Shown here in pieces: positions 29,035 through 38,283 of a DNA stretch of 64,000 nt. The stretch's first letter is position 1; each line of letters starts with the position of its first letter. Below the pieces are notes generated by a model. It was not told the origin of the DNA and did no database searches. It worked only from the letters and a program-made list of their open reading frames with translations. Source of the DNA: an uncultured Bacteroidia bacterium (GTDB lineage: Bacteria; CAIWAD01; BS150m-G50); assembly GCA_964501185.1 (NCBI GenBank), contig CAZCRT010000002.1:40080-104079 (forward strand), given 5' to 3'. The position numbers and the translations under genes were made by a program.

Positions 29035-30565
29035 CGAAATAATGATACCCTCTCTCATGCTGCTGCTGGGACTCGGGCTGGCACTGCTGGTCAGCTGGAT
29101 AATTGCCCGCAGCCTGAAATCGAGGGGTCGAGATGTCATGAGTAATGCGCGGGAAGAAGCGGAGCGGATTAAGAAGGATGCTCTGATTGAATCACGCGAA
29201 GAATGGTACAGGAAAGAAGAGCGTCTCTCAAGGGAACTGCAGAAGAAGGAACAGAAGGTCCAGCAGTATGAGCGAAGGGTTAATAAGCAGGAGCTGGAGC
29301 TCAAGAAAGTCGATCGCACTAACCAGGATAACAAACTGAAGTTACGGCAGCGGGAGAAAGTGCTGGAGGAAAACCAGAAGAAACTGCTGACGCTTGAGCA
29401 GAAACTCAATCAACAACGGGATGAGCTTGAGCAACAGCTGGAGATAGTCTCAGGACTCAGCCGTGAGGAAGCACGCTCCCTGTTTCTGGAGATGATGGAA
29501 AACCGTGCTCAGGAGGAGGCTGCATCAATTGTCAGCAACATAAGAACAGAAGCACGCGAGCAGGCCAGCAGGGAGGCCCGAGAGATAATATCTACTACCC
29601 TGCAGAAGATGAGCGCAGAGCACACCTTTGAATCAACGGTGCGTGAGGTTGCCATTCCTTCCGGTAAGATAAAGGGAATGATCATAGGTAAGGAAGGCCG
29701 CAACATTAAGGCTTTTGAACAGGCAGCTGATGTGAAGATCATTGTTGACGAGACACCTGACAGCATTGTGATTTCTTCGTTCGATCCTGTGCAGAGAGAG
29801 GTTGCCAGACTGGCGCTGGACAGCCTGATAAAGAATCGCAATTTCAATCCACGCGTGATAAACGAAATGGTCAGCAAGGCACAGCGTACTGTCAACCAGA
29901 AGATCAACGAGATTTCAAAGAAGGTGCTGAAGGACCTGCGAATGGATCTTCCTGCGGATATCAAACCGCTGGTTGGGCGATTGCAGTACCGTACAAGCTA
30001 TGGACAGAATGTGCTGAGCCATTCTATTGAGGTCGCGCAGCTGGCAGGTGGCATGGCTGCAGAGCTGGGTATGGATGTACACCTGGCACAAAGGGCCGGC
30101 CTGTTGCACGATATTGGAAAAGCGGCCAGTAATGGTGCCGAGAAGAGCCATGTAACACTGGGTGTTGAGATATGCCGTCGGAATCAGGAACACCCTGTAG
30201 TGATTAATTCAGTAATGGCGCACCACGCTGAGGCGGAACCGATTCACCCGATCGCAGAGATTGTGACCGCTGCTGATATCATCTCGAGTTCACGCCCTGG
30301 TTCCCGTCGTGATTCAATCGAAAACTACACTAACCGCGTAGAAAACCTCGAAGCGCTGGCTGACGCATTTCCCGGTGTTAACAGGGCTTATGCACTCTTC
30401 GCCGGGCGGGAAGTGCGTGTGATTGCTGAATCAGATAAGCTGGATGACAACCAGGTGGAACTGCTGTCAAGTGATATTGCTGCCAAGATTCAGGAGGAAA
30501 TGGAATTTCCCGGTCAGATAAAGATTACCGTAATCAGGGAGAAACGGGCGGTAAGCACTGCCTGA
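29027..30565 (+). CDS. rny: ribonuclease Y
   Basis: N-terminal TM helix, coiled-coil, KH domain (GKIKGMIIGKEGRNIKAFE) and HD domain (LLHDIGKA). Start ATG 29027 with GAGGAAACCG SD overlaps the PHP gene stop. Confidence 0.85.
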   Translation: MLNEIMIPSLMLLLGLGLALLVSWIIARSLKSRGRDVMSNAREEAERIKKDALIESREEWYRKEERLSRELQKKEQKVQQYERRVNKQELELKKVDRTNQDNKLKLRQREKVLEENQKKLLTLEQKLNQQRDELEQQLEIVSGLSREEARSLFLEMMENRAQEEAASIVSNIRTEAREQASREAREIISTTLQKMSAEHTFESTVREVAIPSGKIKGMIIGKEGRNIKAFEQAADVKIIVDETPDSIVISSFDPVQREVARLALDSLIKNRNFNPRVINEMVSKAQRTVNQKINEISKKVLKDLRMDLPADIKPLVGRLQYRTSYGQNVLSHSIEVAQLAGGMAAELGMDVHLAQRAGLLHDIGKAASNGAEKSHVTLGVEICRRNQEHPVVINSVMAHHAEAEPIHPIAEIVTAADIISSSRPGSRRDSIENYTNRVENLEALADAFPGVNRAYALFAGREVRVIAESDKLDDNQVELLSSDIAAKIQEEMEFPGQIKITVIREKRAVSTA

Positions 30566-30573
30566 GCGACAGT

Positions 30574-30786
30574 ATGAAACATGAAAATTCATCAGCAGGG
30601 TTAACACCATCAACTCCGGAATCTGAAGATAGTAAACAGTGTGCTATCTGTGGCAGCGAAAAAAAGCTGCATACTGATACTCATCTGGAGGATGTTTACT
30701 ATTGCTCAGTCTGTTGGGAGAAGGCAAAAAAACAACAGCATGCCATAGATGAGGGTTTTGAGGTAGAACCGGAAGTGGAACTCTAG
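30574..30786 (+). CDS. small zinc-ribbon protein (hypothetical, 70 aa)
   Basis: CAICGS...CSVCWEK CxxC-N17-CxxC with an acidic C-terminus. Gene-sized gap between rny and coaX. No strong SD. Confidence 0.3.
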   Translation: MKHENSSAGLTPSTPESEDSKQCAICGSEKKLHTDTHLEDVYYCSVCWEKAKKQQHAIDEGFEVEPEVEL

Positions 30787-30840
30787 TCTGCGAAGTAGCA
30801 TTGTAGCCGCTTTTTCAGGCGAAAAGTATTGGAAAGAAAT

Positions 30841-31617
30841 ATGCTGCTGGCAATCGACATCGGAAATACAAACACCGTACTGGGGATATTTGACGGTGAC
30901 AGGATGCTGGCACACTTTCGTCTCAGCACATTTGACAGTCGCACAATTGATGAGACTTATGCACTGCTGTACCCCCTGATGCAGGCACAGAGAATAGAAC
31001 CCCGCCTGATAAATGCTGTCGCAATCGCGTCGGTAGTACCGGATTGTACCTTCATCTACCAGAAAATGGCTGAGGCCTACTTTAAGACCGACCCTCTGGA
31101 GATAGGCTGGAAGGACTATCCGAAACTACCGGTTATTTATCCACGTCCTGAAACATTGGGCGCTGACCGTTTCTGTAATGCTGTTGCCGGAGTGCGGAAG
31201 CATGGCCAACCACTGATCGTGGTTGACTTCGGTACCGCCACCTCTTTTGATATCGTAAACAGCAGTGGGGAGTTCTGTGGTGGTGTGATTGCTCCCGGTC
31301 TTAACCTGTCTACCGAACTGCATGCCAGAGCCGCCAAGTTGCCGAAGATTTCACTGGAGTTCCCACCACATGTGATCGGTGACAACACTATCCACGCTAT
31401 TCAGTCAGGTACCCTCTGGGGATCTGTAGCCATGCTGGAGGGTATGGTTACACGCATAACTGCTGAGCTGGGTGACAGGCCGGTCGTAATCGCTACCGGT
31501 GGCCTGGCAGGGCTTATAACCAGACATACAGACACTATACAGCAGGTTGAACCCTATCTGGTACTGGATGGCATTCGTGTTATCTATGAGTACTGTCAAC
31601 TGAATGACAGGCTGTAG
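30841..31617 (+). CDS. coaX: type III pantothenate kinase
   Basis: MLLAIDIGNTNTVLGIF actin-fold N-terminus and ATGGLA near the C-terminus. Confidence 0.85.
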   Translation: MLLAIDIGNTNTVLGIFDGDRMLAHFRLSTFDSRTIDETYALLYPLMQAQRIEPRLINAVAIASVVPDCTFIYQKMAEAYFKTDPLEIGWKDYPKLPVIYPRPETLGADRFCNAVAGVRKHGQPLIVVDFGTATSFDIVNSSGEFCGGVIAPGLNLSTELHARAAKLPKISLEFPPHVIGDNTIHAIQSGTLWGSVAMLEGMVTRITAELGDRPVVIATGGLAGLITRHTDTIQQVEPYLVLDGIRVIYEYCQLNDRL

Positions 31618-31641
31618 TTCAAACCCGAAACCTGGAAACCG

Positions 31642-33117
31642 GTGATGTTAAACCACTGCAGATATTGCCCTGGAGTACAACACACCGCTGCGGGATTACT
31701 GATTCTGTTGTTGTTAGCAGCGTCGGCTTTCGGGCAGCAGTTACGGCTGACTTATCCACGTGAACTCAATCAACGGGGTGAACTGATTGTGCCTGCAGTT
31801 GATTCAATTTTCGCGCTCGGTCAGGTCACAGGAGACCTGGCGGGATTGCAGCTGAATGGCCAGCCCGTTAATTTACAGTCAGGGGGGCGCTGGCTGCACT
31901 GGTTTGAAAGGAGCGACAGCCTCAGATTCACGCTTCAAAGTGACAGCGGAGAAGTCCGGCAATCCCGGGCACTGGGTTTCGCAGATCCAGAACCTGATCC
32001 TGAACTACCGGAAGCTGGTTATATTCGCATCGACCGACCAGGTTGCAGTTTGAAAACAGCACCGCAGGGTACTTACTTTGCTTTTCCACAACCCGGAACT
32101 GTCTTCGAAGTACTGGACACGCGGGACAGAATGTATCACGTGAGTTTTGGCAATGAACGAGAGGGGTGGATCCGCCCCCACTTTGCCACACCGGTTACAC
32201 TGCAACCGGCTGCACCTGATGTGATACACCGGCTGTCGCTGGAAACGACAGAGCAGGGCGCATCAATACAGTTGGCGATAAGGAAACAGCCGGTATTGGA
32301 ACAACTGAGTCTGGATCGCAGACAACTGAGATTGACGTTCACTAATGCAGTGTCAAATATCGATGTGATTAAGTATACACCGGAACTCACCGAGCTGCTG
32401 CAGGTCGCCTGGCAACAGGATGGACTGAATGAAGTGCAACTTACCATTGCCCTGGAGCAGGAACGATTGTATGGCTATAGGCTGATCTGGGGGCCGGACG
32501 GTTGTCAGGTGGAACTGCGACTGGAGTCCAGCTTTACAGGCAGCAGCTGGAGTTTTCTGAAACCTGGCAAAGGCTGGACGATCATGCTGGACCCGGGTCA
32601 TGGCGGGGTTGAACATGGCGCTATCGGCCCGGGTGGATTGATGGAGAAGGAAGTCAACCTGGAGCTCGCCGGCCTGTTGCGAAAACGCCTCGAAAAGAAG
32701 GGCTTTGAAGTAGTTATGACCAGAGAAGACGACAGCAGGGTCGGCCTGGCTGACAGGGTGGCGCTGGCACAGGATGCAAACGCTACACTGTTTGTGTCTC
32801 TGCATTTTAACTCAATTGCCCAGGGGAACGATCCACGCCGGTTGGCAGGCAGCTCACTCTACTGGTACTATCCGCAGAGCCTGGAACTGGCCCGTACACT
32901 GCATCCGCAGTTATTGCAGCGAATGAAGCTGGGTGACGATGGTTTTTATTACCGCAATCTGGCAGTACTGCGTAACAGCTGGATGCCATCCGTACTGGTG
33001 GAGGGTGGTTACATTATCCAACCGGAAACTGAAGCAATGCTGGAGCAGGGTGATCTGCTGAAACGTGAAGCAAAGGCGATTTGTGACGCCATTATTGAAT
33101 ATAGAAAAAGCCTTTAA
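31642..33117 (+). CDS. N-acetylmuramoyl-L-alanine amidase (Amidase_3 family) with N-terminal extension
   Basis: Signal peptide. C-terminal catalytic domain IMLDPGHGG...GAIGPGGLMEKEVNLELA...FVSLHFNS. Confidence 0.75.
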   Translation: MMLNHCRYCPGVQHTAAGLLILLLLAASAFGQQLRLTYPRELNQRGELIVPAVDSIFALGQVTGDLAGLQLNGQPVNLQSGGRWLHWFERSDSLRFTLQSDSGEVRQSRALGFADPEPDPELPEAGYIRIDRPGCSLKTAPQGTYFAFPQPGTVFEVLDTRDRMYHVSFGNEREGWIRPHFATPVTLQPAAPDVIHRLSLETTEQGASIQLAIRKQPVLEQLSLDRRQLRLTFTNAVSNIDVIKYTPELTELLQVAWQQDGLNEVQLTIALEQERLYGYRLIWGPDGCQVELRLESSFTGSSWSFLKPGKGWTIMLDPGHGGVEHGAIGPGGLMEKEVNLELAGLLRKRLEKKGFEVVMTREDDSRVGLADRVALAQDANATLFVSLHFNSIAQGNDPRRLAGSSLYWYYPQSLELARTLHPQLLQRMKLGDDGFYYRNLAVLRNSWMPSVLVEGGYIIQPETEAMLEQGDLLKREAKAICDAIIEYRKSL

Positions 33118-33141
33118 GCCATAACAAGAGGATGAACGCAA

Positions 33142-33624
33142 TTGTCAGAGAATATAATTTCCCAGAAGGGCTATGAAAACCTGCTGAAGAAGCTGGAAGA
33201 GATGCGGGATATTGAAGTGCCACAGATCAGAGACCGGATTTCTACTGCCCGTGACCATGGTGATCTCTCAGAAAATGCCGAATACCATGCTGCCCGCGAA
33301 GAGATGGGGCTGCTGTTGTTGAAAATTGCCGAACTGGAAGACAGGCTGGGGAACAGCCGGGTAGTAAATGCCGATGCTATCTCAACTGACTCAGTGCAGA
33401 TATATACCAGGGTTACGCTGAAGGATCTCGACAGCGACCAGCAGCGTATTTATACAATGGTATCACAGGACGAGTCTGACATGAGTCGTGGGAGAATTTC
33501 GATACAGTCCCCGATCGGGGAGGGACTCGCCGGTAATGCAGTTGGTGACGAAGTTGAAATCAAAGTGCCTGCCGGTGTTAAGCGCTATGTAATAATGGCA
33601 ATCGATAAAGATGAGGGTGAATGA
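33142..33624 (+). CDS. greA: transcription elongation factor GreA
   Basis: YENLLKKLEEMR...DHGDLSENAEYHAAREE coiled-coil with acidic tip and FKBP-like C-domain. TTG start with AAGAGGATGA SD. Confidence 0.9.
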   Translation: MSENIISQKGYENLLKKLEEMRDIEVPQIRDRISTARDHGDLSENAEYHAAREEMGLLLLKIAELEDRLGNSRVVNADAISTDSVQIYTRVTLKDLDSDQQRIYTMVSQDESDMSRGRISIQSPIGEGLAGNAVGDEVEIKVPAGVKRYVIMAIDKDEGE

Positions 33625-33625
33625 G

Positions 33626-34288
33626 ATGGAAGAGCAGAGAGAGTTCTATCGTCATAACCGGCAGCGGGTATTGTTCGGTCTCTGTAGTGGACTGGGCGAG
33701 TATCTGCGGATCGACCCGAATATAATCAGGGTTGTATGGATCGCTTTCTCAATCATCATTCCAGGTGGAATTCTGTTGTATCTGCTTGCCCCGCTGGTTG
33801 TACCGGTGCGTGTTGAGAATGACGAGCCGGTCTCGCCATTGCTGCTCCGCAATCACCTGCTGGCTTTTCTTTTTGTGGGTATTGGCTTGATACTGTTGAT
33901 ATCACAGTACCAGTTCTGGGATTCCCGCTGGTTCAACCTTGTCACAATCCCGCTGGATGCCCTGCTGGCTGTTATCCTGATTGTCGCCGGACTGCTGGTC
34001 TTCTTTTTTGGTGGTGTGCGACGTGACCCGATGTACTTCGCGATTGAAGGTGAAAAAAGACTCCTCCGCTCACAAGAGGAACGCAAACTGATGGGTGTCT
34101 GTGGTGGAATCGCCAATTACTTTGGTACAGATGCATCACTGGTACGGCTGTTTTTTGTAGCCGGGACAATCGTCTCAATCTGGCTGGGTGTGATTCTCTA
34201 CATCATACTCTCATTACTGATGCCGGCCGAGCCAACCGAATCGTTGCCGGAGGATGATGATGAGGACAGCAGCGATTCAACTCCCTGA
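33626..34288 (+). CDS. PspC-domain membrane protein (two PspC-like segments)
   Basis: VLFGLCSGLGEYLRIDPNIIRVVWI and KLMGVCGGIANYFGTDASLVRLFF PspC motifs plus TM helices. Confidence 0.6.
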   Translation: MEEQREFYRHNRQRVLFGLCSGLGEYLRIDPNIIRVVWIAFSIIIPGGILLYLLAPLVVPVRVENDEPVSPLLLRNHLLAFLFVGIGLILLISQYQFWDSRWFNLVTIPLDALLAVILIVAGLLVFFFGGVRRDPMYFAIEGEKRLLRSQEERKLMGVCGGIANYFGTDASLVRLFFVAGTIVSIWLGVILYIILSLLMPAEPTESLPEDDDEDSSDSTP

Positions 34289-34488
34289 CAGGAATCCGAT
34301 TGTCAGCCTCAGTTTTCAGAAACTCCATACAGGTTCAATTGCCATTGGTGGATTATAGTATTGCCTGTCTTGTTGCATCAGCAACACTTCGGGTATCAAT
34401 AACCGTTATGTTTGCTAAACTGGGCAATACTATAGACCGATGCTTCAACAAGCGTATTTGAGAGGTCAATATTTATGAGCATCGGTTT

Positions 34489-35256
34489 ATGCAGATAGCC
34501 CTGTTAGGTTCTGCAGTCGAGCATTCGCTTTCTCCGAAGCTGTTCCGGCTCGCAGCCGGTTTCAGCGCTGTTAAGGGGGAGTATCACCTTTATCCTGCTG
34601 CCGGCCCGGTGGCAGATGCAATCACCGATCTTCGGCTTCAGGGGTATAATGGCCTTCAGGTTACCGCCCCGTTCAAAACCGACATACCACGACTGCTGAC
34701 AGATGCTGATGATTCGGTGCACAGTACCGGTGCCTGTAATACAATGCTGTTTAAAGACTCTGGCTGGCAGGGGACAAACACAGATATTGCTGGAATCCGG
34801 TTTGTACTCGAACGGTACTGGCAACAACCGGCCCCGCGGTTGTTAATGATAGGTGCAGGAGGAGCGGCAAGGGCGGCGCTGCTGGTTCTATCAGAAATGT
34901 TTCCACAACAACAGCTGTACCATTGCAATCGATCGCAGGAGAGGCTGGCCGAGTTCAAAGACTGGTGTGACAATCGCCTCAAACTTATGACACCTGAAGC
35001 TGGACATGCTTATGATCTGATTGTCAACGCTACTCCAATTCCGCGTTCTACCTTTGGTGAGAAATTCCATCTTGCAGCAAACGGGCTATGGTTCGACATG
35101 TCTTACAGGAGACAGGATCCATTGCCGGGAGACAATTACTGCAACGGTTTACCGATGCTGGTCGGGCAGGCGGTGGCAGCCTATCACTTTCTGATGGGTG
35201 AGACTGTTGATCCGGAGAGACTTCTGAGTGAATTACTGAGTTGGCTAAGACAATGA
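34489..35256 (+). CDS. aroE: shikimate 5-dehydrogenase
   Basis: GSAVEHSLSPKLF substrate-binding N-terminus and GAGGAARA Rossmann motif. Confidence 0.8.
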   Translation: MQIALLGSAVEHSLSPKLFRLAAGFSAVKGEYHLYPAAGPVADAITDLRLQGYNGLQVTAPFKTDIPRLLTDADDSVHSTGACNTMLFKDSGWQGTNTDIAGIRFVLERYWQQPAPRLLMIGAGGAARAALLVLSEMFPQQQLYHCNRSQERLAEFKDWCDNRLKLMTPEAGHAYDLIVNATPIPRSTFGEKFHLAANGLWFDMSYRRQDPLPGDNYCNGLPMLVGQAVAAYHFLMGETVDPERLLSELLSWLRQ

Positions 35257-35371
35257 AGAAACTGACGATTTCCCGGAATAGTTGAATTCCTGCAACCTGC
35301 TGATTACAATTCTAGATAATTCACTGCCTTAAGCAGCTATCAAAAGGTTGAGTACACAGGGTGCGATAATA

Positions 35372-35797
35372 ATGAAAAAGCGAATAACCATCATCAATGG
35401 ACCCAACCTGAACCTGCTGGGTCAGCGCGACCCGGAAATATATGGCAGCGAAACCCTGGAGCAGATTCAGGATCGGATGCGGGAGCGTTTCCCGGAAATG
35501 GAACTTGACTTCAGGCAGAGCAATCACGAAGGTGAGCTTATTGACTGGTTGCAGCAGACTCAGGAGCAGGATGGCGTGATTCTCAATGCCGGCGCTTTGA
35601 GTCACACTTCGCTGGCAATTCGTGATGCCATAGAGGCAATTCACACACCGGTAATCGAAGTACATCTCAGTAATATTGCCGCCCGGGAGTCTTTCCGGCA
35701 TAAGTCACTCCTGAGTGCAGTCTGCCGGGGAGCCATCACCGGGCTCGGTAGTGAGGGATATCTGCTGGCACTGCAATATCTGGCGGGAGTTGAATGA
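35372..35797 (+). CDS. aroQ: type II 3-dehydroquinate dehydratase
   Basis: ITIINGPNLNLLGQR...HLSNI...R motif set of DHQase II. Confidence 0.85.
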   Translation: MKKRITIINGPNLNLLGQRDPEIYGSETLEQIQDRMRERFPEMELDFRQSNHEGELIDWLQQTQEQDGVILNAGALSHTSLAIRDAIEAIHTPVIEVHLSNIAARESFRHKSLLSAVCRGAITGLGSEGYLLALQYLAGVE

Positions 35798-37266
35798 ACC
35801 TGGCACAGAAATCACTCGTGATCAGCAGTGGGCGCTTTGCCAATTCGATGGCCCGCCTGCTGGTCAACATCACTATAGCCCATCTACTTGCTGACCAGCT
35901 GGGTCTTAATGGCCAGTATCAGAAGATCTGGCTCGTCTTCAACACCTTCTATATGTTCTTCCTGTTCGGAATCCCTGAGTCCCTCTATTATTTTGTCCCA
36001 CGTACAAAAAAACGTGACCTGCCTGCTCTGATCAACCAGACTTACTATCTGTTGATGGGGCTTGGATTACTGTTCCTGCTGTTTCTGACCGGATTTTCAC
36101 AGTTGACAGCGAACTACTACCATGTTCCGGAACTGCCGGCCTACTATCGCTGGTTCGCTTTCTATGGCGCCTTCATGGTCTCCTCCAGTTTCATCGATTC
36201 CCTGTTCATCGTCATGGAGCGACACCGGCTTATGGCGATGCTGCAGATAACCGAAGCTGTACTGTTTTATGCGGCGGCGATTATTCCGATCTTTATCCTG
36301 AAGGATATCTATCTGGCCATAGTTTGTATCACATTGCTCTCTGTACTCCGTTTGATTGGCGCACACCTGTTGATAAAGCGCTATCTGCCAGATGTCAGCC
36401 TGGGGTATCCCAGACTCAGATGGCAGACAATCCGCCCACAGCTGCTGTTTGCATTGCCGATCGCTCTGACGAACATGCTTGCTTTCATGGCAGCCTTCAT
36501 GGACAAGAATGTGATCGCCTTTTTCATAGATTCCAATTCGGTCTATACCATCTATGCATACGGAGCCATGGAACTTCCCTTTATCGCCGTGTTCTTCGGG
36601 TCGATAAACAGTGTGCTGTTACCGGATATAAGCCGGCTGCATCATCAGGGGAAAATACCGGAAATTATCGCACTTTTGCGAAAGTCGGTGGGACGGGTAA
36701 TTTTCATTGTTCTGCCATTGTTCTTTTTCCTGATGCTGGCAGCGCGTGATACATTTACACTTGTGTACGGGGAGCAGTTCGGTGACTCGTCATTGCCGTT
36801 CCGGCTATATCTGCTCCTGCTGCCTCTGCGTATACTGTTCTACGGGCGAATCCTGGCTGCCCTTGGACGGGCTTCCACGGTAACCAAAATTGCGCTCCTG
36901 GATCTCATCGCCAACCTGTTGCTCTCGATATTCCTGGTGCGTCAAATGGGCTGGCTCGGTCCCGCCATTGCGTCTGTTCTGACAACCTGGCTGGAAGTAA
37001 GCGCCTTTATCTGGTATCTTGGCAGGGTATTGCAGCAGAAGCCGTTGTCGATTTTTCCCGGTCGTACGATTGGCAGAGCATTGCTGTTATCACTGCTGGC
37101 GATGCTGCCAGCTACAGCATTTTTCCTGATTCTTGAAACAGCACTCTGGCGTCTGCTTGCTGCCGGTGCTGCTTTTACGGGAGTTTATCTGCTGGGTATC
37201 ACATTAAGTGGTGATTTTAAAGTGCTCTGGGATAGTTTAGTTGGACACCGCAAACGGAACGCATAG
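35794..37266 (+). CDS. polysaccharide biosynthesis/export flippase (Wzx/MOP superfamily)
   Basis: About 12 predicted TM helices. 490 aa. Overlaps aroQ stop. GGGAG SD. Confidence 0.6.
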   Translation: MNLAQKSLVISSGRFANSMARLLVNITIAHLLADQLGLNGQYQKIWLVFNTFYMFFLFGIPESLYYFVPRTKKRDLPALINQTYYLLMGLGLLFLLFLTGFSQLTANYYHVPELPAYYRWFAFYGAFMVSSSFIDSLFIVMERHRLMAMLQITEAVLFYAAAIIPIFILKDIYLAIVCITLLSVLRLIGAHLLIKRYLPDVSLGYPRLRWQTIRPQLLFALPIALTNMLAFMAAFMDKNVIAFFIDSNSVYTIYAYGAMELPFIAVFFGSINSVLLPDISRLHHQGKIPEIIALLRKSVGRVIFIVLPLFFFLMLAARDTFTLVYGEQFGDSSLPFRLYLLLLPLRILFYGRILAALGRASTVTKIALLDLIANLLLSIFLVRQMGWLGPAIASVLTTWLEVSAFIWYLGRVLQQKPLSIFPGRTIGRALLLSLLAMLPATAFFLILETALWRLLAAGAAFTGVYLLGITLSGDFKVLWDSLVGHRKRNA

Positions 37267-37293
37267 CACATTCAGACAAGAGGACATCTGTTC

Positions 37294-38235
37294 ATGGCCA
37301 ATTATCGCCTGAAGTTGATTGAGCGGGAGCAGTTCCGGCAGGATACACAGAATGCACCCCTGCTGGGAAGCACCGAATGGGCGGAAGTTCTGGAGCAACA
37401 GTTCCCGGGATCAATAGTTTATTTTGCATTTTACAAGGGTGAGGAGTTGCAGGCGACATTTTTTCTGCAACAGCGCCACCGATTGGGAATCAGGCAGGTT
37501 CATACTCCACTGTTGACCCCCTGGACTGAGATATCCTGGCAGCAAATCCAGAGTAACCACATCCAGCGCCGTCTTCATCTGCATCTGACCTCGGAATTGA
37601 CCGGGTGGGTAAAACGAAACTACCAGATTGCAGCTTTCAAGTTTGCACCCACAGCCATAGATATTCGTTCGTTCCAATGGGCTGGCTGGAACTCCAGCTG
37701 GCGCTACAGCTATCAGCTGGCAGGCAACCGGGAAGCAGATGCCGGTCTGCGCAAGAAACTGCGACGGCAACAGGACCTGCAGATTGCAGCAGAGCAACCT
37801 GCAGAGGAGATACGTGAACTTATGGGGGAAGCTCTGCGGGAGCATAACTTCACCAGTCTGCCGGTGGAACTGCTCTTTCGCTGGATTGGCGAGCTGGTGA
37901 GCAGAGAACTTGCCCGATTGCTGGTTGTACGCAAAGAGGGCAGGGCGATAGCTCTCCAGATTCTGCTGGAACAGGAAGGTTGGCGTGGTCTCTGGATGCA
38001 GTTGACATTGCCGCAGTATCGCTCCTTAACACCCGGCAGTCACCTTGTACAGAGTATTCTGCAGGAAAATGAGCGGTATACACTGGATTTTCTGGGTGCA
38101 GATGACCCGGCTATTGATGAACATAAATCTGCTTTCGGGGGGGAACTGACCGGCTATCCTGAGGTCCTCTGGTTTAAAAACAGTTGGTTACGCTGGCTCT
38201 ACAACTGGCGTCACAGGGGTCATCTGAATAGTTAG
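37294..38235 (+). CDS. FemAB/CelD-like GNAT-fold protein (Acetyltransf_6-like), putative acyl or aminoacyl transferase
   Basis: Size and hydrophobic-core pattern resemble BioF2-like/CelD-like acetyltransferase-domain proteins found in exopolysaccharide loci. No sharp motif. Confidence 0.4.
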   Translation: MANYRLKLIEREQFRQDTQNAPLLGSTEWAEVLEQQFPGSIVYFAFYKGEELQATFFLQQRHRLGIRQVHTPLLTPWTEISWQQIQSNHIQRRLHLHLTSELTGWVKRNYQIAAFKFAPTAIDIRSFQWAGWNSSWRYSYQLAGNREADAGLRKKLRRQQDLQIAAEQPAEEIRELMGEALREHNFTSLPVELLFRWIGELVSRELARLLVVRKEGRAIALQILLEQEGWRGLWMQLTLPQYRSLTPGSHLVQSILQENERYTLDFLGADDPAIDEHKSAFGGELTGYPEVLWFKNSWLRWLYNWRHRGHLNS

Positions 38236-38283
38236 ACAGGTATTTATCCAGCTATAACAGAAGAGAGATACAGGTAAAAATAT

